The translations under genes and the position numbers were made by a program. Positions 17,459 through 26,410 of a stretch of DNA of 64,000 nt are shown here, piece by piece; within the stretch, counting starts at the first letter, position 1, and every line of letters begins with the position of its first letter. The stretch lies in contig CAJPOL010000001.1 in the NCBI GenBank assembly GCA_905372265.1, positions 458 to 64,457 of the forward strand. Direction: 5' to 3'. Below the pieces are notes generated by a model. It was given only the letters and a program-made list of their open reading frames with translations. It had not been told where the DNA came from and did no database searches. The stretch comes from an uncultured Treponema sp. (GTDB lineage Bacteria; Spirochaetota; Spirochaetia; Treponematales; Treponemataceae).

Positions 17459-18682
17459 ATGAATCTGAGTAAAAATACCATACTGGTAAAATTTGAACTA
17501 AGAAAGCTGCTCCATATCGTCAGCATTGTCGCTATTACATTACTGTTCTTTCTTGTTTTGAAAAGCGCTCAGAAGCCCTACCTCAGCCGCAGCTTCTATT
17601 TTGTCAATGCCAAAGGAAAACCCGATAGCTATCCCGGAGGGCTCAAAGATTCCATTGCACGGGAAACAAAGGTGCAGGATACATATCGAGGACCGATAAC
17701 GGTAGAAAGGCTCAAAGATGCGCTGGCGGCTTATAAGGAGCTTTCCGAGAACTTTGGAATAGATGGCGAACGTACATGGGGTGATGAGTACCGTTCTGCT
17801 GCTGATGTTATGAAGCAAGCGTTTTCCAAACCCGGGCAAAGAAATATCTATATTATGAACATGATAGATGCGGCAGACCTTGAACATACCTATACCGGCC
17901 GTATACAGCAGTTGATGGATAGTATGCAGTTTGCTAAAAACCGGATCCATAATTCCCCCAAAGTGGCCGAGCTTGCCCGGCGCGTAACCGTACCGTTTTA
18001 TTACGGCGGCTTTGATATGGTATGGGACATATTGCGGAGGACACTTCCTGGCATTATTACATATTGTATGTTGTTAATTATTATGTGCTCATCGTTTGTA
18101 TTTTTGAAAGAAACCGTATTATCTTCGTGCATTCAGCTGTCGTTTCCGGCGGTACTGGGCAGGAAAAACCATGCTTTGGTAAAAATCCAAGCCCTCTGTA
18201 TTTTTACCACCATTCTGTATTTTTTGAACGTCGGTACGTATTGCGCGATCTTATTTTTCCGCTACGGTGCAGGGGGCGGAAACAGTGCCATCCAAATATA
18301 CTCGTTTTATTCATTGTATACCGGGACAGTAATGCAAAATATACGTTTGTATTTCATCATATTCTATTTTGCGGCTCTCTTTGTTTCGCTGCTGACATTT
18401 TATATTTCATTGTATGTAAAGAATATCATTACAACCGTTATCGTAACTTCGTTAGCGTTCTACAGCGGAAGCGCCATACCGGAAGGTTCGTTCTTGGAGC
18501 GGGCAGTATTTTTGTTTCCCGCGTCCGCGCTTAATTTAAGGTCTTTTATAGGTAGACCTATCGTATACACTCTATTCGGCAAGCCGGTGTTGTTTGTATA
18601 CCTGTACATTCCCGCCTGCATCATCATGAGCATTATCCTTGCAATTTTAATTGTAAGAAAATTTGAAACGATGGAGCTATAA
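17459..18682 (+). CDS. second ABC-2-type permease
   Basis: LVKFELRK N-terminus, PFYYGG, LGR......KI and TM pattern parallel to 13565-14890. Confidence 0.75.
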   Translation: MNLSKNTILVKFELRKLLHIVSIVAITLLFFLVLKSAQKPYLSRSFYFVNAKGKPDSYPGGLKDSIARETKVQDTYRGPITVERLKDALAAYKELSENFGIDGERTWGDEYRSAADVMKQAFSKPGQRNIYIMNMIDAADLEHTYTGRIQQLMDSMQFAKNRIHNSPKVAELARRVTVPFYYGGFDMVWDILRRTLPGIITYCMLLIIMCSSFVFLKETVLSSCIQLSFPAVLGRKNHALVKIQALCIFTTILYFLNVGTYCAILFFRYGAGGGNSAIQIYSFYSLYTGTVMQNIRLYFIIFYFAALFVSLLTFYISLYVKNIITTVIVTSLAFYSGSAIPEGSFLERAVFLFPASALNLRSFIGRPIVYTLFGKPVLFVYLYIPACIIMSIILAILIVRKFETMEL

Positions 18683-18704
18683 TTTGCTTAGTATAGGAGA
18701 AGAT

Positions 18705-19964
18705 ATGAAAACCAAGATGTTACTAATAGCCGTACTCGGAGCGCTGCTTGTTTCGTGTACAAAAGCTGAAGCCAAGCAGCCCCCTGAAACCATGCATGCT
18801 GCAAACGAAGCCGGTACGGCGGCTGCAAACAGCGCCGCTGCCCTTGCAGCTCAAGACGTAAAGGGGAGCGAGCTTGTTACGCTGCATGTCCCGCAAGAAG
18901 GAATCCGCTTCCCGATAGGGATAGATGACAGAGGTCACGGCTTGGATGCCGCTGCAGATCTTACTCCCATTTATGATGAGGCGGGCGCTGAAATCATTAC
19001 CGAAGGCTTTATAGACTATCCCTATGCTATCGGTAAATATGAAGTTACCCACCGGCTTTGGAAAGAAGTGTACGATTGGGCTATGGTAGGAGAAGGCAAG
19101 GACAAAGGCTATTCGTTTGCCCAAGGGGAACAGGGCTATCCGGGCTCACCCGATTTTCTTAGGAAGAGTAGGGGGCAGTCTGATAGTATGGTGTGGGATT
19201 GCGGAGTGCAAGAGCCGAACGGCCGTCATCCGGTTACCAAAGTAAGCTGGTACGATTGTATTGTGTGGTGCAATGCGTACTCTGAAATGACGGGGGCTGT
19301 CCCTGCGTATTATAAAAAAGACATTGCAGGTGAATCGGGAAATATAACAGCGGAAAACCGAAAAAACTACAGCCGCTGGGTAGTGCGGGATGTGTCCGAT
19401 ACCGCAGCCTGCGATACCCTCCTAACCTTGAGCGCACAAGCGCTATCCATAAGCGGTAAAACCAACGGGTTTAGGCTCCCCACCTACCTTGAATGGCAGC
19501 TTGCCGCCAAATTAACCGATAAAGAATATTTTATCGTAAAAAAAGATGGTGTGCCGCTTACCGGCACAGTAAACGGGAAGCAATGGTTTTTTACCAAAGG
19601 CACTGCGGTATCGGGGGGAAAATACAATGTTGGAAAAATGGGCGTGGCAGTAGCGATCATGCGGGATGCCAATCAATATGCCCATATACCTTCATATGCG
19701 ATATCAGTATCGCCCTCACCGTATTCAACCTTTGCCGTAGGGTCATTGCAGCCTAACGCGCTCGGCATCTACGATATGTCGGGGAATGTTGCCGAATGGT
19801 GTGCGGATTATGTGCCCAAAACCAAAAGGCTCCCTGCAAGCCGTGTGGTGATGGGGAGCAGCTGTCATAGTGTGTTGAGCTGCGCTCAGCACGGTGATCG
19901 CCCCAGCCGAAGGCCGGATAATGATCTTGGTTTATGCGGATTACGCATTTGCCGGACGGAGTGA
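18705..19964 (+). CDS. FGE-sulfatase (SUMF1)/CLec-fold domain lipoprotein
   Basis: Lipobox LLVSC; YAIGKYEVT, HPVTKVSWYDCIVWCNAYS, GFRLPTYLEW, PNALGIYDMSGNVAEW, G.R.CRT. Start at ATG 18705 (AGGAG RBS). Confidence 0.9.
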   Translation: MKTKMLLIAVLGALLVSCTKAEAKQPPETMHAANEAGTAAANSAAALAAQDVKGSELVTLHVPQEGIRFPIGIDDRGHGLDAAADLTPIYDEAGAEIITEGFIDYPYAIGKYEVTHRLWKEVYDWAMVGEGKDKGYSFAQGEQGYPGSPDFLRKSRGQSDSMVWDCGVQEPNGRHPVTKVSWYDCIVWCNAYSEMTGAVPAYYKKDIAGESGNITAENRKNYSRWVVRDVSDTAACDTLLTLSAQALSISGKTNGFRLPTYLEWQLAAKLTDKEYFIVKKDGVPLTGTVNGKQWFFTKGTAVSGGKYNVGKMGVAVAIMRDANQYAHIPSYAISVSPSPYSTFAVGSLQPNALGIYDMSGNVAEWCADYVPKTKRLPASRVVMGSSCHSVLSCAQHGDRPSRRPDNDLGLCGLRICRTE

Positions 19965-21190
19965 AGATCGCAGTGTATACGGTAATGAACCATGGGCAGG
20001 TATACTTTTTGCTTTCGGATACGGCGGAACCTGCCTTGTATTTTATTGTACCGGTGCCGCTCTGCGCCGAGCCTCAGGGGAAAAACGGGCTTGCTCATGT
20101 CAGCGAACACGTGATGCTTTCCCTCATTGAAGCCCGCCTTACCGAAGTGATGACCAGTTCGTTCGGGTTTTATGCGCATACCGGTTTTTCCGGCATTCAA
20201 TTCCATTTCCGGCATTTAAAAACGGAAGAAAACATCAGGATTGTATACCGCGCTATTCAAGAATCCCTGTATCCTTCGGCAATACCCAGCGCTGTTTTGA
20301 AAAACGCAAAAGCACATGTGCTGAAGGAATGCAGGGAGCTCAAGCAGTTTTATGCGCAGGTACTAAAGCAAACCCGCTTTTTAACCGGCTGTAGGTCCAT
20401 TACAATGCCGGTCGGCAAGGTAAAAGAGGTGCAAAGCATTACTGAACAGGATGTACTGCAATTTATCCGCGATCGGTACGGTGAGCATACCTTTATCATT
20501 GTCGGGAATCGTTTGGATAGCAGCATATCCGAAGACACCCGTACGGCTGAACTTGTGCGTCAAACCCGCTGCGTTTTTGAAAAGACACGGCGGAAAAGAC
20601 ACAAGCCGTTTTTACATACTGCCTTGCCGTCCTGTGCGGTACAAACGGTATCGCTGTGCATTCACGTGGATAACGATAGGGCTGCTGGAAACTATTTTGT
20701 TTTAACGGCATTACACCTGTACATCATTGAATGCATGAACACCTTTTTTCAACGCAAAGGCATGCATGACGATGCCTGCGGCGATGCGCGTACAACTATG
20801 CAAAAGGTCGATAGCGAAACGATGATTTCGTTTCTTACGTTTCAGGCGCAGGGTTTCCGCTTCGAATCGGTTGCAGGGGAACTGAAACGCTTTATCATAC
20901 GGCAAACTCCATGCGTACAAGACTTGGAAAATGTCAAACAGCTTCTTGCGGATTCGTTAACGGCAGGAGCCGGTCTACGGACTTTGGTGAGCAATATCAT
21001 CATGCATATTGAACACGGGTTTCCGCTTATCATCAACCCGCAGCAGCGTAAAAGCGCAAAGGAAGAAATCAAAGCGATTCCGTTTGCTGTCTTTGCGGAT
21101 TTTAAACGCAGCATGGTAACCAAAGAACACTTTCACATTATTATCAAAGATACGCCTGCATCACAGGGTAATATAAAGGAAAGAACATGA
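19961..21190 (+). CDS. M16 (insulinase-like) zinc peptidase
   Basis: E......GLAHVSEH inverted zincin motif, A.T motif and downstream VLKE. GTG start at 19961 overlaps the upstream TGA (ORF track start 19934). Confidence 0.75.
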   Translation: MKIAVYTVMNHGQVYFLLSDTAEPALYFIVPVPLCAEPQGKNGLAHVSEHVMLSLIEARLTEVMTSSFGFYAHTGFSGIQFHFRHLKTEENIRIVYRAIQESLYPSAIPSAVLKNAKAHVLKECRELKQFYAQVLKQTRFLTGCRSITMPVGKVKEVQSITEQDVLQFIRDRYGEHTFIIVGNRLDSSISEDTRTAELVRQTRCVFEKTRRKRHKPFLHTALPSCAVQTVSLCIHVDNDRAAGNYFVLTALHLYIIECMNTFFQRKGMHDDACGDARTTMQKVDSETMISFLTFQAQGFRFESVAGELKRFIIRQTPCVQDLENVKQLLADSLTAGAGLRTLVSNIIMHIEHGFPLIINPQQRKSAKEEIKAIPFAVFADFKRSMVTKEHFHIIIKDTPASQGNIKERT

Positions 21191-23001
21191 AGATAGTGCG
21201 TTCTGCAAAAACAATACGGCAAACGATTGCTTTGCTCTTTTATGCGTCAAAGCCGTATTTTTTACTGACCATTTGTTTTAACGTCTTTTCAGGCTGTTTT
21301 ATTCCGGTCAATGTACTGATATGGAAGTATATAGTGGATGCAACAACTGACTTATTGCGCCTGAAAGACGCATCGTATATGCCGGTGGTATATTTTTTGC
21401 TGCTGCATTTCGGAATCAGTTTTTTAATCCGCAGCATCTCCACCCTTTCAGTCTATTTTCAGAATCTCTATGCAAGTAAAATAAACATGTATATTACCAA
21501 TAAAATATTGTACAAGATGTCCGAACTCACCGTTGAACAATTCGACAATCCTTCCGTGTATGACAATATCCAAAAATCAAACGGGGAATCGCTGCAGCGG
21601 AGTACTTCGATATTGCGTACGTTGGTCGAGATTCTCAAGAACGGCGCTTCCGTTGTGGGGACGGCGGGACTGCTTTTTCATTTACATGCCGGTTTAACTA
21701 CTGCGGCTATATGTACGTGTATTCCGCTTTTTTTCATTAATATTGCTGTTTCAAATAAACTCTATGCGCTGTATGAAAAGCGGAGCGAAAAAATACGCTT
21801 TATCAATTATTTAAAAAGTATAAGCATGGATAATACCACCATCAAAGAAATGAAAATCAATAATGTGTTTTGCTATTTCATAAAAAAGATTTCCGATATT
21901 TACTGCGAAAACTTCAATGAAGATAAAGCGGTGCGAAAAAAAATATTTTTACAGCGAAATATCTATCAATTTTTTGATGAACTGATTTTTTACGGCATAA
22001 AACTGTGGATTATTCTGTTGGGAATTAAAAGCGCTGCGACAATCGGCTCCGTACTTATGTTTATGCAATCCGTCGATATTTTGAAAAATGCAATAAACAA
22101 TACCCTGTCGATGGGCTCTCAAGGTTATGAAGACAGCTTGTATATGGAAAACCTTTTTAACCTGCTTGAGCTTACGGGCGACCGGGGCGAAGCGCCGTTT
22201 AACCGGCATTTTCATACGATAGAATGCCGTAATGTTTGGTTTACCTATCCGTTTTCCGACAAACCGGTTATAAAAGATTTTTCTTTTTGCTTTTCTGCCG
22301 ATAAGACATACGGCTTTGTCGGTTTAAACGGTTCCGGTAAAACTACTTTGATAAAGCTGCTGCTTGGTTTTTACACTTCGTACCAAGGTTCAATTTTAAT
22401 CGACGGCATTGAACTAAGAGATATCGATATAAAACAGTATCATACTCATATCAGCGCCGTGTTTCAGGATTTTGTAAGATACCCCTTTACGGTTACTGAA
22501 AACATCGGCTTAGGGGATGAAGCGTTGTTTTTAACTCAAGACGGCGTTAAGACCATCACTGAAAATGAAGCAGTGTATCAAGCGGCGCATTTTTCAAAGG
22601 CGGACGAATTTATACGGAAACTGCCTAATCAGTATGCAAGTATTTTAGGAAAAGAATGGCAGAACGGTACGCAAATTTCCATCGGCCAATGGCAAAAAAT
22701 TGCGGTAGCAAGAGCCGCCGTAAAAAAATCACGCATCTTTATTTTTGACGAGCCGACCGCCTCTATCGACCCTATTTCAGAATACGAGTTTTTCAAAAAC
22801 GTGCGCAGCCTTGCACAGAATAGCCTGTGCATTTTGGTAACGCACCGCTTTGCCAATATAAAAGCCGCTGATGAAATTTTGGTGCTGTCCGATGGCGCAC
22901 TCATTCAGTCGGGTACCCATCAGGAACTATTTGATTCGGAAGGGCTTTATCGGGAACTGTACACAATGCAGGCGGAAAGTTATCTTGAAGATAAAACCTA
23001 A
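21187..23001 (+). CDS. fused permease/ATPase ABC exporter (no C39 peptidase domain)
   Basis: N-terminal TM domain; GLNGSGKT, AVFQDF, ISIGQWQK, IFDEPTASIDP, VTHR. Confidence 0.9.
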   Translation: MKIVRSAKTIRQTIALLFYASKPYFLLTICFNVFSGCFIPVNVLIWKYIVDATTDLLRLKDASYMPVVYFLLLHFGISFLIRSISTLSVYFQNLYASKINMYITNKILYKMSELTVEQFDNPSVYDNIQKSNGESLQRSTSILRTLVEILKNGASVVGTAGLLFHLHAGLTTAAICTCIPLFFINIAVSNKLYALYEKRSEKIRFINYLKSISMDNTTIKEMKINNVFCYFIKKISDIYCENFNEDKAVRKKIFLQRNIYQFFDELIFYGIKLWIILLGIKSAATIGSVLMFMQSVDILKNAINNTLSMGSQGYEDSLYMENLFNLLELTGDRGEAPFNRHFHTIECRNVWFTYPFSDKPVIKDFSFCFSADKTYGFVGLNGSGKTTLIKLLLGFYTSYQGSILIDGIELRDIDIKQYHTHISAVFQDFVRYPFTVTENIGLGDEALFLTQDGVKTITENEAVYQAAHFSKADEFIRKLPNQYASILGKEWQNGTQISIGQWQKIAVARAAVKKSRIFIFDEPTASIDPISEYEFFKNVRSLAQNSLCILVTHRFANIKAADEILVLSDGALIQSGTHQELFDSEGLYRELYTMQAESYLEDKT

Positions 23002-23014
23002 AGCAGGGTACACT

Positions 23015-24568
23015 TTATGCATCAAAACAGTTCTTTTTCGAATCTTTGAAAAATCCGATAACGATAAACAGCATGATAATGCCGAGCGGAAAGGCCGCAA
23101 TGATGGAAAGGCTTTGCAGTTGGCTTAAATTGCTGCCGCTAATGATGAGTGCTGCGGGCAGCAGGATAAAAATCAGCGACCAGAATGCCCGCAGTAGTTT
23201 TTTCGGCTCACCACCGCTCAGGATCCGCTGAGAGTATGATGCGATAACAAGCGTAATCGCGTCGAATGTACTGGCGTAGAGCGCAATCATCGCAAAAATG
23301 AGCAGTACGAGAGCCCCCTGCGCAAAAGGGAGCGTGTTCAAAATACCGGTTATCACCGCTGCAGGCGGACAGCCCTCTTGCAGCTGCTGAGCAGCCGAAA
23401 AAAGGCCGTGCGTTTCCAAATACAGCCCGTAATTTCCCAGTACCGTAAAGGAACAATACGTACCGGCCGTCCCGCATAATAAACCGCCGAGTATCACATT
23501 CTTTACAGTTCGGCCTTCCGAGATACTCCCGATAAAAAACGGCGTTGCGACAGACCATGCAATCCAATATGCCCAATAGAAAATCGTCCAATTCTGCGGG
23601 AAACCGGCTCCGTTTGTTCCCGAAAGCCTCAGCGGGTCCATCCATGTTGAAAGGGAGATGAACCGGTTCAGCATGATGCCGATGCCGGTAATACCTGTTT
23701 CGATAATATACAGCTTCGGCCCGAATATAAATACAAAAAGAACAAAACCGGAAAAGCAGACAACCGCTGCCTTTGCCAGCAGTGAAATACCTTTAATCCC
23801 GACTAATACCGCCGACGTATACACCGCCGCAATAGTGCACAGCAGGATAAGCGTCAGCTCTTTGGATTCCGGAATGCTCAGTACCGAGGAGACCGCCATC
23901 GAAAGGAGCGGCGTTGCAAGCGAAAAAGTTGTAGCGGTTCCCGCCAGTAACCCGATAATCGAAAATATATCAATAACCGCTCCAAGCACACCGTCAATGC
24001 GCTCGGCAAAAAGAGGCCGGCAGGCCTCCGATAGCTTTTGCTTTTTTTGCTTTTTTACATGCAGCATATATCCGAATGCAACCGCCGGTACAATGTAAAA
24101 GCTCCACGGCGTAATCCCCCAATGAAACAGCGGATAGGCTGCCGCCCAATCCTGCCGTTCAACCGCCGTTAGGTTTGTTTGTCCGAATGGAGAAGCCGAA
24201 TAGTAATAACCCCACTCAATGAGCGACCAATAGAGAATGTCGGCAGCCATCGTTGAGGTAAAAATCATAGCCCCCCATGTAAACGTATTGTAACGCGGTT
24301 TTTCAATGGAACCTAACCGTATCGTCCCATATTTCGAGAATGCGCCGTAAAAAGCAATACATACAAAGCCGAGCCCGAGCAGGATATAAAAAAAACCGAG
24401 CTTATTGACAAAAATATTCCATAGCAAATCGATAGTTCGATTTGATTGCTGAGGAAATAAGAGCAGTACAGCTGTAATACAGCCGATCATAACCAGCGGG
24501 ATAACGGTAACCGGCCAATCGATTCCTCCCGTATTTGAGCGGATAGTCTTATTTTTGGGGTTCATCAT
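23015..24568 (-). CDS. BCCT-family (choline/betaine/carnitine) transporter
   Basis: YG.IRLG, FHWGITPW, WTIFYWAYWIAW...F...ISEGRT motifs. Confidence 0.92.
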   Translation of the reverse strand: MMNPKNKTIRSNTGGIDWPVTVIPLVMIGCITAVLLLFPQQSNRTIDLLWNIFVNKLGFFYILLGLGFVCIAFYGAFSKYGTIRLGSIEKPRYNTFTWGAMIFTSTMAADILYWSLIEWGYYYSASPFGQTNLTAVERQDWAAAYPLFHWGITPWSFYIVPAVAFGYMLHVKKQKKQKLSEACRPLFAERIDGVLGAVIDIFSIIGLLAGTATTFSLATPLLSMAVSSVLSIPESKELTLILLCTIAAVYTSAVLVGIKGISLLAKAAVVCFSGFVLFVFIFGPKLYIIETGITGIGIMLNRFISLSTWMDPLRLSGTNGAGFPQNWTIFYWAYWIAWSVATPFFIGSISEGRTVKNVILGGLLCGTAGTYCSFTVLGNYGLYLETHGLFSAAQQLQEGCPPAAVITGILNTLPFAQGALVLLIFAMIALYASTFDAITLVIASYSQRILSGGEPKKLLRAFWSLIFILLPAALIISGSNLSQLQSLSIIAAFPLGIIMLFIVIGFFKDSKKNCFDA

Positions 24569-26351
24569 GTACGTTTCCTGTCAGCTGGAGCACTCGCTTA
24601 TGGTAGTCCTTTGCATAACGGTACATTTTCAGCCCGTATTCACCGAAATGCGCTCCGAGCGCTTGTTTATAACACGTCCATAACGCCCATAAAAAACCCG
24701 AAAGCGCTACATAGATATAGATGCGCAGCTTCTCATCGTATTCAGGCGCCCGTTGAAAATAGCGGCGCATAAGATCATCAAGCTGTGCTTCGGAGAAGTA
24801 TGAATAGATGGCAAACATAGCAATATCGACAAGCGGATCGCACATCGCGGCATACTCCCAGTCAATAAGCCGTATCTGACTATTACTTACGATAAAATTA
24901 TCGCAGATTAAATCGATATGGGTAAGAGCCTGCGGTTGTTTAAGACCGTCGAGCATGTCCAAAAGCGTCTCTATTTTTTCCCGTACTTCCGCATAGTCAT
25001 AAAAAAGAATACCGTGTTTTGACTGCGCATGGCGTTCATAGAAAAGAATACGTTCCCGAAAATCAAAATGATGCGGAACGGTAATGCCGGAGTTATGCAG
25101 TTTACGGGCTATCCACATACAGGCATCCAAGTCATCGGGATTATCAGGCCGCGCAACGCGGGTGCCTTCTTCAAAACGGGTAATCTTGACGCCGGTCTCT
25201 TGGTCAAAATAGATGATTTTATCGGAAATATTGAGCGGCTCGATCGCTTTATACACGGCGTATTCCTGTTCGCGGTTAATGAGTATATCGGTACCCTCTC
25301 CGGGAATACGGAAGATGTATTTATTGTTATTGATTTCAAAAACGAATGATTTATTGGTCATGCCGAGTCTGAGCGGGCGGAGGTTTTTTACCCGCATTTC
25401 AGGCTGGCCGAAAACGCGGGAGATAAGCTCCATCCACTTATTTTGAGTCGAGATCATGTATGAGGTATCAAACCGGCGCAGCTCTTCAAGCGATTCAAAT
25501 TCATAGACCTGATTAGCCGGTTGTTTATTGGCAAACATCGGCAGCTTGTCTAAATGGCGGCTGAATACATCTTCCCAATACCAATCGCCGGTGTCATCGC
25601 GTCTGTATGCCTCTTCGATCATCGGTTTTATCGCCGCTGAAAAGGAACGTGAAAAATACGCCGGCCCATACATGACCCATGCGTTTTTTCCGCCGGGCTT
25701 TACTTTTGTAATCCGGTCATGGAGTCCAAGCTGCAACGTCCACTCATCGGTTTTTTCGTTGATTTTTATGGAAGAGTACCATGAATCATATTCGTGAGAA
25801 TGATACATATTTTTGCGCAGCCAGTTATCGCTTGAAAGAATATAGGTATTTTTCAATGCATCGCGGACATGATAAAGGGTAGAAAGATTGTTTTTTGTTG
25901 CAAAATCAGGGTTATATACAAGCGTTACGTTGTATTTATCTATCAGATATTCGAACGTGTCTTTAAGATAACCGACAACAACAGCAATATCGGTAATACC
26001 CGCTTCCAGCAGCTGTTTTATCTGCCGCTCGATCATCCGTTCGCCGAATACCTCCAGAAGGCCTTTCGGCGTTGCATAGGTGAGCGGAACAAAGCGGGAA
26101 CCGAATCCTGCCGCCATAATAATGGCATTATCAACCTTGCAGTTGTCGTATTCACTCTGCGCCTTAATCGTTAAAACCCGCTTGCCGATTGCAGGCAAGC
26201 CGTTCGTTTTTAAAAAGCCGTCCTGTTCCATAGAAAAAAGGATCTTATTTACATAGGCAAGCGATATTTTCAGCCGCCCGGCAATTTCCCGTTGCGTAAT
26301 TTCCGGTCTCTTTTTCATCAATTCAATGACATGAAAGTATCGTCTTTTCAT
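24549..26351 (-). CDS. licCA: HTH-phosphocholine cytidylyltransferase-choline kinase fusion (LicC-LicA)
   Basis: N-terminal TQREIA..L.ISLA.VN wHTH; AIIMAAGFGSRFVPLT..TPKGL NTP-transferase; GMTN.SF, RIPGEGT..INRE.E, H.DL...N, LIDWEYAAM.DP kinase motifs. Start moved to ATG 26351. Confidence 0.88.
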   Translation of the reverse strand: MKRRYFHVIELMKKRPEITQREIAGRLKISLAYVNKILFSMEQDGFLKTNGLPAIGKRVLTIKAQSEYDNCKVDNAIIMAAGFGSRFVPLTYATPKGLLEVFGERMIERQIKQLLEAGITDIAVVVGYLKDTFEYLIDKYNVTLVYNPDFATKNNLSTLYHVRDALKNTYILSSDNWLRKNMYHSHEYDSWYSSIKINEKTDEWTLQLGLHDRITKVKPGGKNAWVMYGPAYFSRSFSAAIKPMIEEAYRRDDTGDWYWEDVFSRHLDKLPMFANKQPANQVYEFESLEELRRFDTSYMISTQNKWMELISRVFGQPEMRVKNLRPLRLGMTNKSFVFEINNNKYIFRIPGEGTDILINREQEYAVYKAIEPLNISDKIIYFDQETGVKITRFEEGTRVARPDNPDDLDACMWIARKLHNSGITVPHHFDFRERILFYERHAQSKHGILFYDYAEVREKIETLLDMLDGLKQPQALTHIDLICDNFIVSNSQIRLIDWEYAAMCDPLVDIAMFAIYSYFSEAQLDDLMRRYFQRAPEYDEKLRIYIYVALSGFLWALWTCYKQALGAHFGEYGLKMYRYAKDYHKRVLQLTGNVHDEPQK

Positions 26352-26358
26352 ATCATTG

Positions 26359-26387
26359 AGTATAGTTGCATGCTTGTTCACTGTCAA
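26359..26387 (-). promoter_or_regulatory. sigma70 promoter positioned for a leaderless licCA transcript
   Basis: TTGACA-17 nt-TATACT-7 nt-ATG, no Shine-Dalgarno sequence. Confidence 0.7.
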
Positions 26388-26410
26388 TCATGTTTTGACG
26401 TTTTAGTGAA

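Noticed and set aside
18705..19964. Diversity-generating retroelement around the FGE/CLec lipoprotein
   Set aside because: No reverse transcriptase, Avd-like gene or second copy of the 3' region (template repeat) is visible in the window. A remote DGR cannot be excluded.
14923..19964. Sulfatase-maturation locus (anSME plus FGE)
   Set aside because: No sulfatase gene is present, the rSAM has an RRE-like N-terminus and an adjacent Cys-rich peptide, and the FGE-like protein is a lipoprotein lacking the canonical GGS..C....C.RYR catalytic motif.
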